Origin: Candidatus Woesearchaeota archaeon B3_Woes
GTDB lineage: Archaea > Nanobdellota > Nanobdellia > Woesearchaeales > B3-WOES
Length of the DNA: 64,000 bases
Reading direction: 5' to 3'
Assembly: GCA_005222965.1 (NCBI GenBank)
Contig: NJBG01000001.1
Span: 146,323 to 210,322 of the forward strand
A model generated the notes under the pieces. That model was given only the letters and a program-made list of their open reading frames with translations, was not told the origin of the DNA and did no database searches. The translations under genes were made by a program, and so were the position numbers. This document shows positions 39,542 to 47,877 of this stretch, one piece after another; the stretch's first letter is position 1, and each line of letters starts with the position of its first letter.

Positions 39542-39997
39542 TTATTCTATGAACAATTTGATTTTATCAGGATCGTATTTCCAATCCATAGAAAGTTTCT
39601 TGTTCTGTTTGTAGTATTTTACTAATCTCTTTATCTTTGACTCTGTTAGATTTATACCGCGTTTGGCTGTTTCGTCTTTATGATTTTTTTCTAGATGTTT
39701 TCTTAACATTATTGTCCTTTTAATTAAAGCCATAAGGTCTTCTGGAATTTCTTTTGCTAATTTTTTCTCTTTTAATATTTCAGATATGCTTTTGTTTGTT
39801 ATTTTTTTAACAGAAGGAATTCCATAATTGTCTCTTAAAAACAATCCAATCTCTGATGCTGTTTTTCCTTCTTTAGCAACTTTAGTTACTAATAATTCAA
39901 CTTCTTTTTCTTTATATCTTAACCAACTTAGATTTGTTTTTCTAGTAGGTTTAACTGATTTACTTTTTCCTTTGTTTCTTGAATACATTCTTGCCAT
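39542..39997 (-). CDS. rps15: 30S ribosomal protein S15
   Basis: MARMYSR.KGKS.S, LRDNYGIP, ESKIKRL.KYY. Confidence 0.97.
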   Translation of the reverse strand: MARMYSRNKGKSKSVKPTRKTNLSWLRYKEKEVELLVTKVAKEGKTASEIGLFLRDNYGIPSVKKITNKSISEILKEKKLAKEIPEDLMALIKRTIMLRKHLEKNHKDETAKRGINLTESKIKRLVKYYKQNKKLSMDWKYDPDKIKLFIE

Positions 39998-40271
39998 TTT
40001 AATTTTCCTCTTAAATTTTGTGAGAAATTAGTGATAATTTCTCCAGTATAGAGCAGCTGTGACATTAAATTGACAAGTCAATTTATGGCATCTTATACCA
40101 TTCTACCTCTCGATATTAAATCACAAGTAATAGGTAGTTTAAAAAGATTTTGTTTTTCATTAAATCAATAACTTGGAAGCTAGACTAACTACAAAATTGA
40201 TAATTATAACCACCATAAAGTAGTACTATACCAAAAGTTTTATATATAAGTTAATTCTAAGTGAATATAAC

Positions 40272-40967
40272 ATGAAAAGAGTCGACATTTTATATGAAGT
40301 CCAGAGAAAATTAATTGCAGACCTTGGATTAATTGTCCAAGAAGTGAGGAAAAATTATCAGGATAGACTTAATAACGCCTGGGTTTTTGATCATTTAGGT
40401 GGGTTAATAAAGAAGTTACAGCCCACAAGAGTTGAAACAATTAATTATTCAAGAAAGGATTTAGAGACAACATTAAGTGGTGCTATAGAAGAAAGGATAG
40501 GAACTATTCAAAAACACGTTCCTGAAATCAGAACAAGTGATGTTCATCAATTAATTCAAAGAGCAGGTAACTTATATGAGTTAATTTATTCAAGAGCAGA
40601 AGCAGAATTATCAAGTTTAGAATCAAAAAGCGATCAATATAACGATCCAAAAGAATTAGTGCAATCAGAATTCTACAATAATCAAGCATTTTCTAAAAAA
40701 GACGAACATCAAACATGGGTACAGGATGTTACAGAAAATTTAGGAGCAATTCTAAATTATGTCGAAGTACTAGGACAACAACTTGCAATGAAAAAGGGTT
40801 TTGGATGGAAAGCAAAATTAGCTGCAGCAAAGGTCGCTCTAAGTGGAAAACTTGGAATAAGTCTTGATCTCCCTAAATTAGCTCAAGATATTAGTATTGC
40901 AAAAGAAGCAATTTTAACAAATTATCAACAATATGAAACAAGACTAATTAAAGGAAGATATACATAA
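40272..40967 (+). CDS. Hypothetical helical protein
   Basis: 231-aa ORF with upstream TATA; no recognised motif. Confidence 0.7.
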   Translation: MKRVDILYEVQRKLIADLGLIVQEVRKNYQDRLNNAWVFDHLGGLIKKLQPTRVETINYSRKDLETTLSGAIEERIGTIQKHVPEIRTSDVHQLIQRAGNLYELIYSRAEAELSSLESKSDQYNDPKELVQSEFYNNQAFSKKDEHQTWVQDVTENLGAILNYVEVLGQQLAMKKGFGWKAKLAAAKVALSGKLGISLDLPKLAQDISIAKEAILTNYQQYETRLIKGRYT

Positions 40968-40985
40968 TTATTTGTTATTAAAAAA

Positions 40986-41966
40986 TTATAACTTCTTCTT
41001 CAAAGTTTCAACCAATTCAACAGGTGTTGGATCAACTTTATTTCTTAAAGCCAAAAAATATGATGTCCAGTCACCCAAATAAATTGTAGAGAAAATCTTT
41101 ACTAAATCTGATGTGCTAGTTAATTCAAGTTCTAATGCAGGAACTCCGCAAGATTGCATAATCTTTTTAGTTACTTCCATTCTTTTCTTTATTCTCCTGT
41201 CATCATAATCATCTTTTATTATTATGATATAATAATCTCCATTGGGTTTTGTATATCCCATCATCTCATTATGATTTAACTCAGGAAAATAATTACAAAA
41301 AGCAGGAATCTTTGAATTTTCATTAAAATTAATCTTCCATTTATACGCTACCGCATACAATTTTTCAGAAGAATAAATAACAGGTATTTTGCCTTCTAAT
41401 TTTTCAGATAGTTCTTCTGCTTTCTTCCTATAAATGTCTTTTCCCAAAACTTCAATTAGTTTTTTAACATCATCATCTTTGTTTTCAACCAAACCGGAAT
41501 TTTGTAATATTTTTAAGATTGGAAAAAAAGAATAACCATAAGCTAACCTTGGTTGAATTCCAGACGGCATTTTTATCAAAGTTTTGTTTAGCTTCTTTGC
41601 TAATTCTGCTAATTTTCCACCAGATGTTATAACGAATATCTGACAACCCTTTCTATTTCCTCTTCTAAAAGATTCTATTGTCTCTTCTGTATTGCCAGAA
41701 TAACTTGAAATCCACAATAGTGTTTTTGAATTAACATATTCAGGCAAATCATAATTTTTATTTACCTCAATAGGAACCTTAAAATTATTAAACAAATAAG
41801 ATTTTAGAATTTCGCCAGATAAAGCACTCCCCCCCATACCGCATATGATTATCCTGTCAATATCTGTAAATTTAATATCTCCTGCTAATCTCCAGGCATC
41901 TCTTATCTGATTAGGAAACTTCTTCAAAACAGAATACATATCTTCTCTATCAAAGGATCTATCCAT
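40986..41966 (-). CDS. Bifunctional phosphoglucose/phosphomannose isomerase
   Basis: GMGGS, SYSGNTEET, QPR, NENSK, PELNHNE. Confidence 0.93.
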   Translation of the reverse strand: MDRSFDREDMYSVLKKFPNQIRDAWRLAGDIKFTDIDRIIICGMGGSALSGEILKSYLFNNFKVPIEVNKNYDLPEYVNSKTLLWISSYSGNTEETIESFRRGNRKGCQIFVITSGGKLAELAKKLNKTLIKMPSGIQPRLAYGYSFFPILKILQNSGLVENKDDDVKKLIEVLGKDIYRKKAEELSEKLEGKIPVIYSSEKLYAVAYKWKINFNENSKIPAFCNYFPELNHNEMMGYTKPNGDYYIIIIKDDYDDRRIKKRMEVTKKIMQSCGVPALELELTSTSDLVKIFSTIYLGDWTSYFLALRNKVDPTPVELVETLKKKL

Positions 41967-42014
41967 ATCAAATAATAAATATGTTATTTATTTAAACCTT
42001 TCCATAAGAAATAA

Positions 42015-43019
42015 TCATTTCAACAAAGCACTTATTGATTCTCTATTATTCATACTACGAATAACCTTTGCAAAATAACTCGCAACAGAAACTTCTCTAA
42101 ACCACGGATTTTGTTGTTGAAAATCAGCTCCATGATAGACTGCATCAGTACTAATTACAGCTGTTAAAAACCCATCATCATAAGATTTTGCTATTTTTTC
42201 TAATGCATCTCCATTAAACAAAGGCAAACTACAAGAAGCATACACTCTCTGAGCTCCAGCATCTTTAGATGCTCTAACAGCTTCCATTATTGTTCCTGCT
42301 GTATCTATCATATCATCTACTATCAAAACATCTCTGTCCTTAACTTCTCCTATAATCTGTATCGATTTAACACTGTTATCTCCATCTCTTTTTTTATAAG
42401 AAAATACTGGTTCTACTCCTAGTTGGTTTGCATAAAGTCCTGCTCTTGTTGCTCCTCCTAAATCAGGAGCCATCACAACAATATTTCCAAAATCAAAATC
42501 ATCTGGATGAGATTTAATATAATCAACAAGAGTTTTATACGCACGCAAATTTTCAAATTTTGCTCTTCTAAAATAACCTTCAATAGCAGGATTATGTATG
42601 TCCAAAGTTATAACATGATCAGCATTAGAATCTTCAATCTCTCTTGCAACAGCAGCAGCAGTTATACTTTCCCTCCTTATTTGTTTATCTTGTCTTGCAT
42701 AAGGAAAAACAGGGACAACAGCAGTTATGTAACTTGCATCACACCTCCAAGCAGTTTCAACAGCTGTCTTCAATGCTCTTAAATTTTCATCAACAGATCC
42801 ATTTGTAGAATTCTCAACATCCTGAAAAATATAAATATCTGTTCCTCTTATACTCTCCTCTATTATTGTTTTTATTTCACTATTTGCAAATTGTATTTGT
42901 TTAGAATCAATAAATCTAACTTCTTTTTCTTTTTCTTTAAAAACTTCTAGAACTTTATTAGCAAAAGGTTCACCAGATTCACATGCTAATATGCTTAAAG
43001 TGCCTCTTGTATTTGCCAT
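42015..43019 (-). CDS. prs: Ribose-phosphate pyrophosphokinase
   Basis: FANSE, PYARQDK, DIH, VDDMIDTAGT; start reset to MANTRG. Confidence 0.95.
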   Translation of the reverse strand: MANTRGTLSILACESGEPFANKVLEVFKEKEKEVRFIDSKQIQFANSEIKTIIEESIRGTDIYIFQDVENSTNGSVDENLRALKTAVETAWRCDASYITAVVPVFPYARQDKQIRRESITAAAVAREIEDSNADHVITLDIHNPAIEGYFRRAKFENLRAYKTLVDYIKSHPDDFDFGNIVVMAPDLGGATRAGLYANQLGVEPVFSYKKRDGDNSVKSIQIIGEVKDRDVLIVDDMIDTAGTIMEAVRASKDAGAQRVYASCSLPLFNGDALEKIAKSYDDGFLTAVISTDAVYHGADFQQQNPWFREVSVASYFAKVIRSMNNRESISALLK

Positions 43020-43174
43020 ATTCCCCCAATAAAAAGTAATAAGGTTTAGTTTAAATATTTTTTGTATTACCAAACACAACCTTTATAAATGACTCAGAAA
43101 ATCACTTATTGAGCAATGTGGGTACTAGCTTACCTGAAGCTCAATAAATAAAAAATAAATGGAAGCGAATTAAG

Positions 43175-43696
43175 ATGGGAATGTACAAACATATAAGAAA
43201 TCTTTGGAAACAACCAAAGAAAAACATGCCTGAACTATGGCGTGAAAGATTAATAGCTTGGAGAAAAGATCCTGTAACACTAAGGATTGAAAAACCAACA
43301 AGAATTGACAGAGCTCGTTCTTTAGGATATAAAGCAAAACAAGGGTATATTGTTGTAAGGCAGAGAGTTATTAGAGGAGGTCATAAAAGACCAAAGATAA
43401 GAAAAGGTAGAAGATCAAAAAGATATCATCAAAAAAAGAATCTTGACCTATCATACCAGACAATAGCAGAAAGAAGGGCTAACTCAAAATTTCTTAATTG
43501 TGAGGTTCTTAACAGCTACTTTGTTGCACAAGATGGAAGATACTATTGGTATGAGGTAATCCTTATAGATACATCACATCCAGTTATTAAAGCTGATAAG
43601 AATATGAAGTGGATAACCAGCAACAAACAAAAAGGAAGAGTCCACAGAGGTTTAACATCCTCAGCTAAAAAATCACGTAGAAAACTAACTATGTGA
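43175..43696 (+). CDS. rpl15e: 50S ribosomal protein L15e
   Basis: [29 protein letters not shown]. Confidence 0.97.
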   Translation: MGMYKHIRNLWKQPKKNMPELWRERLIAWRKDPVTLRIEKPTRIDRARSLGYKAKQGYIVVRQRVIRGGHKRPKIRKGRRSKRYHQKKNLDLSYQTIAERRANSKFLNCEVLNSYFVAQDGRYYWYEVILIDTSHPVIKADKNMKWITSNKQKGRVHRGLTSSAKKSRRKLTM

Positions 43697-43775
43697 TATT
43701 ATAACCAAAACTTTATAAAGGATTCAGAAATTATAACAAATATAGCGTTTATTATTAACGTTAGGAGGTATTAAA

Positions 43776-43976
43776 ATGGAAGAAGAACAAACAGAAAAAC
43801 CTGCTGAAGGTGAAGAAAAAGAAGAACCTCAAGAAGAAACTGCTCCTGAAGAACCATCAGAAGGTGGAGATGAAGGAGGAGATACAAGTGAGAAACCTGC
43901 AGAAGAACCTGAAGAACCAGCTGAAGAAGGTGGTGATGAAGAAAAACCTGCAGAAGAAAAACCAAAAGAAGAGTAA
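43776..43976 (+). CDS. Small acidic low-complexity protein
   Basis: TATA and SD GGAGGT upstream; EKPAEE/EGG repeats; T tract after the stop. Confidence 0.7.
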   Translation: MEEEQTEKPAEGEEKEEPQEETAPEEPSEGGDEGGDTSEKPAEEPEEPAEEGGDEEKPAEEKPKEE

Positions 43977-43996
43977 ATCTTCTTTTTTTCTTTTTT

Positions 43997-44836
43997 TTAT
44001 AAAACTTTTTTTAGAGAATCAATCGCAACTTCTATTTGTTTTTTGGTCGGCTCTTTTGTAGTTATTCTTTGTATCCACAAACCAGGCTTATTAATCATAC
44101 TAAAAAACCAGTTCTCCTTAAACAAATCAGCTAATTTTAATATTTCATAAGATAATCCAACTATCACTGGTAAAAGGATTATTCTAAAGCCAAGTTTATA
44201 ATACCACCTAGGACTTGTAATAAAAGAAAAAACAAATATTGAAATTATCAAAACAATTATTAAAAAACTTGTTCCACACCTTGGATGATGTGTTGAAAAC
44301 TTTTTTACGTTTTCTACAGTTAATTTTTTTCCTGATTCATAACAATGGACTGTCTTATGCTCTGCTCCATGATACTGAAAAACTCTCTTTATGTCTTTCA
44401 TACGTGATATTAAATAAACGTATAACAAAAAAACCAAAATTCTTATAATTCCATCTATAACATCAAACAAGATTCCATCTTGTGAGTAAATAAGTTTTGT
44501 TAAGTAAAGTGGAAGAGCAACAAATAATAATATAGCAAAGAAAATTGCCATTAACATAGAAAACATAACTTCTGCCTTGGATATTTTCTCGTTTTCTTCA
44601 GTCTGTTGTTCAGCACTCCATATTAAAGATTCAATACCAATCTTTAGCATTGTAAATAAATTTACAATACCTCTTATGAAAAAAAGTTTAGATGCTTTGC
44701 TTTTATTTTTAATTCTTCTTCTTTTAGAGATAATTTTGTTTTTCTTCCTCACAGAAGTATTAACTTTGTTCCCACGCATCATCATAACTCCTTCGATAAC
44801 TGCCTGTCCTCCTGCTGGTTTAATTTTTTCTTTCAT
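43997..44836 (-). CDS. DUF1385 membrane protein
   Basis: GGQAVIEGVMM, FQYHGAEHK, HPRCGTSF. Confidence 0.93.
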   Translation of the reverse strand: MKEKIKPAGGQAVIEGVMMMRGNKVNTSVRKKNKIISKRRRIKNKSKASKLFFIRGIVNLFTMLKIGIESLIWSAEQQTEENEKISKAEVMFSMLMAIFFAILLFVALPLYLTKLIYSQDGILFDVIDGIIRILVFLLYVYLISRMKDIKRVFQYHGAEHKTVHCYESGKKLTVENVKKFSTHHPRCGTSFLIIVLIISIFVFSFITSPRWYYKLGFRIILLPVIVGLSYEILKLADLFKENWFFSMINKPGLWIQRITTKEPTKKQIEVAIDSLKKVL

Positions 44837-44839
44837 TTT

Positions 44840-45808
44840 TTAGATAACAAGTAGGTTTTTTATATATGATTGAACCATTATGAATAAAACATAAATAATA
44901 ATTAATATTACCCCTTCTTTCCAATATATCTTTTTTCCTGCTTCAATAAAAATCATAAACAAGAAAGATGCTAATATCATAAAACTTATACTTGTAAAAA
45001 ATATAACAAGATTTGTTGTTATTGGAAATATCAAAGCAGTTACACCCAAAACCAAAGTTGAGTTAGCTACAACACTTCCCATTATGTTTCCAAGGATAAT
45101 ATCCTCTTGATTTTTCTTCAATGCATGGAACCCTACAACTAATTCTGGTAATGAAGTTCCTAATGCAATTATAAACAATCCAACAAAAATTGGAGGCAAT
45201 GCTAAATCAATAGAAATCAAAGAAGCATATTTTACAGTAAATTTTGCAGAATAATAAAGGAATAATGCTGAAACAATAAACAAAAAAACATTTCCTACAA
45301 TTTCACTTCTCCCAATATGGTTATCAATTGGTTTTGTAAATTTTTTCTTTTGTTTTATTAATAATGCAGAATAAAACAAGAAGAATACTATCAAAATTAT
45401 TCCGTCTAATTTGGACAGGCTTTCTCCTATTGCCATTAAAATTAAAGGTAATAAAGATATTCCAAACATATACAAACTATCCTTCCTCACTGTTTTACTT
45501 TTTATAGCAATTCCCCGAGCAAGCAATAAAGGAATTCCTAGAATAATAGTAAGATTAGCGATATTGCTTCCAATAACATTACCTAGTGATATTTCTGGTT
45601 GTCCTGCTAAAGCAGAACTTATTCCAACAAACAGTTCTGGCAGAGATGTTGCCATACCAACTATAATAAAACTAACAACAAATTTACTCATCCTAAGAAA
45701 AGCAGCAATCTTTGATAAAGATTTAATCAAAAAAGATCCACTTACCAGAAGAACTAAACAACTTAGTGCAAACAATAAAAAATTTATCATAAACGCCATC
45801 TCTATCAC
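44840..45808 (-). CDS. Sodium/calcium exchanger family antiporter
   Basis: Two alpha repeats: ATSLPEL/GNVIGSN and GTSLPEL/GNIMGS. Confidence 0.93.
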   Translation of the reverse strand: MIEMAFMINFLLFALSCLVLLVSGSFLIKSLSKIAAFLRMSKFVVSFIIVGMATSLPELFVGISSALAGQPEISLGNVIGSNIANLTIILGIPLLLARGIAIKSKTVRKDSLYMFGISLLPLILMAIGESLSKLDGIILIVFFLFYSALLIKQKKKFTKPIDNHIGRSEIVGNVFLFIVSALFLYYSAKFTVKYASLISIDLALPPIFVGLFIIALGTSLPELVVGFHALKKNQEDIILGNIMGSVVANSTLVLGVTALIFPITTNLVIFFTSISFMILASFLFMIFIEAGKKIYWKEGVILIIIYVLFIMVQSYIKNLLVI

Positions 45809-45838
45809 TCTCTTTTTTGTTATTTAAAAAAGTTGTTA

Positions 45839-46618
45839 TTATTTTTTGATCTTAAATGTTCCTGCAGGCAAAGCCCGGATTATATCATCCAACTCTCCTT
45901 TTATTTTGTGTTGGATTATCTTAGCTACTTTGCCTGGTTTTTCTCTACCTTGTTCTAACTCTAAAAATTCTTTGCAATGTTTTTTAACTGCTTCCAATGG
46001 ACCAGCCATAATATGTCCTTTTAAATTACCAATTGCCAAGTTTACATCATTATCAATATATTCTAATTTTCCTTTTGTAACAAATCCCCCTTTAGGAACA
46101 TACTCTCCTGCTTTTGCTTCTTTTGTTAGTTGTTCTGGTCTGGCCATAAAAGTTGGTGTTGTAGTTATTCCTAATTTAAAAGCTCTTGAAAATGTTACAG
46201 TAGCGTCTGCTGCTTCTTCAATAGTTACTTTTGATGGTTTTTTTCCTTCAGTCTTAATAACAAAAAAAGGACTTCCAATCATATCTGTATGAAAAACAAT
46301 ATCATTTTTTTCAGTATGTTTTTTAATCACAATTTCATTAGAGGTGGCATCTCTTCCTCCAATCACCAAAAAATCTTCAGAACTTAAAAACCATCTAAAC
46401 TTTTCATACCACTCTTTTTTTAACGGCTCTTTCTTTTTTTGTTTTTTTAATTCTTCTAAAACTTTGTCTTTATCTTTTTGCACTTTCTTTAATTTGATTT
46501 TACTCTCTTCTACTATATTTTTAGCTCCTTCTAACTTTTTCTTTAACTTCTTTATCTTATCGTAATAAGCAGAAGCATTTGCTTCAACTGATTTCTTTAA
46601 ATCAATCTCAACTCTCAT
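45839..46618 (-). CDS. NFACT RNA-binding domain protein (Rqc2-related, C-terminal module only)
   Basis: NA..YY..KK.K.K, WYEKFRWF.SS, GGRDA.SNE, GEY.PKG.F. Confidence 0.88.
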   Translation of the reverse strand: MRVEIDLKKSVEANASAYYDKIKKLKKKLEGAKNIVEESKIKLKKVQKDKDKVLEELKKQKKKEPLKKEWYEKFRWFLSSEDFLVIGGRDATSNEIVIKKHTEKNDIVFHTDMIGSPFFVIKTEGKKPSKVTIEEAADATVTFSRAFKLGITTTPTFMARPEQLTKEAKAGEYVPKGGFVTKGKLEYIDNDVNLAIGNLKGHIMAGPLEAVKKHCKEFLELEQGREKPGKVAKIIQHKIKGELDDIIRALPAGTFKIKK

Positions 46619-46658
46619 CTATTATTTTGATATAATTGATTATATAAAACTTTGGTTA

Positions 46659-46770
46659 AGAAATATAGCCCAAGGCAGATTCCCACATAAGGGTTTCACC
46701 CTTATCAACCTGTGGTCTATTACTCGTTCCACTCGTAATATCCCTGAGAAATATAGCCCCAGGCAGATTC
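46659..46770. repeat. 24-bp direct repeat of the tRNA-Gln 3' end flanking a hairpin insert
   Basis: AGAAATATAGCCC(A/C)AGGCAGATTC at 46659-46682 and 46747-46770. Confidence 0.85.
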
Positions 46771-46826
46771 GAACTGCCGTCCTCGGACCCAAAATCCGAG
46801 ATGATTGACCACTACACCATGGGGCT
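46754..46826 (-). tRNA. tRNA-Gln(TTG), intronless
   Basis: AGCCCCA TG GTGT AGTGGTCAA TCAT C TCGGA TT TTG GG TCCGA GGAC GGCAG TTCGAAT CTGCC TGGGGCT A; A1-U72 pair typical of archaeal Gln. Confidence 0.95.
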
Positions 46827-46866
46827 GTATTATGAACAAACTAAAAATAATTTAAAAAACTATCGG

Positions 46867-47781
46867 TTATATATTAAGATTTATTCTTAAAGTAGTTGGG
46901 AATATTTTATGATTAATCTTTGCTTGAGCAGAAATGATTATATCCACCAATATCATCTTTGCATCTCCAAATATAATCTTTTCATCATCAGCTAAAGAAT
47001 TCCATTCACCATCTTCATAATTTTGAGAATTAACTAAATCAAATACTAATTCTTCAACACCATGTTTTGTTCTACCATTAGTAAAAACTATTATATAATC
47101 AAGTCCTTCAATAAAAGCTCCTAAACTATCATAAGGTACATTTTCACCAGAATATTTTTTTATAATAAAATCAAGAGCAGGCACCCCATTAAGAGTGGAA
47201 TCTACAAGCACTTCTTTTTCTGTACGAGGATGGTTTCCACCATCATAATTCACAAGAACCCATTTATCATTTATTAGATTGTAAGTAAAAGTTTCATCAT
47301 CTACTTTTTCTACATAAGTACTATCATCTGGTTTAAAAAATAAGATATCTGTTTTATATCTTACTATTTCACTTAAACCAATATTCCATACATTTTGTAA
47401 AAAAGGACCTACCACAGGTAAAGGAATTGGTTTTTCTCTTCGAATCCCAACATCTATTTGCATTTCCAAAGATTTTTCTCCTTTTGTATTTATTACCAAA
47501 TATCCTGCACTATCTTCATAAGCAGAGATATCATAGTCAAATCTCCCTGTTTCTGCTTGAGTTTGATATAAAGATCTTCCTAATAGAATATTATCAAGTT
47601 CTCTTCCTTCGCTTGTATGAGAAGCATAAGAACTAGAAGACAAGGATGGTTGAGTAGGAAGGATAGATTGAGCTTTTGCTTCACTAGGTAAAAAAGACAA
47701 AGCACCATATAGTAATGCAGAATATAGAGTTATTTTATTAGTAGCATTCATCATTATCCTTTGTTGTCGTGTTTGTATCAC
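46867..47781 (-). CDS. Hypothetical secreted protein
   Basis: Signal-peptide-like N-terminus (AKA-Q); true start probably near 47754. Confidence 0.7.
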   Translation of the reverse strand: MIQTRQQRIMMNATNKITLYSALLYGALSFLPSEAKAQSILPTQPSLSSSSYASHTSEGRELDNILLGRSLYQTQAETGRFDYDISAYEDSAGYLVINTKGEKSLEMQIDVGIRREKPIPLPVVGPFLQNVWNIGLSEIVRYKTDILFFKPDDSTYVEKVDDETFTYNLINDKWVLVNYDGGNHPRTEKEVLVDSTLNGVPALDFIIKKYSGENVPYDSLGAFIEGLDYIIVFTNGRTKHGVEELVFDLVNSQNYEDGEWNSLADDEKIIFGDAKMILVDIIISAQAKINHKIFPTTLRINLNI

Positions 47782-47877
47782 TAACTATATTAGAATAAGT
47801 GAATTAATTCTTTATTTAAAAAATATTCGGTTTAATAATCAAAAAACTTTATAAACATCTAAATAAAAACTTTACCT

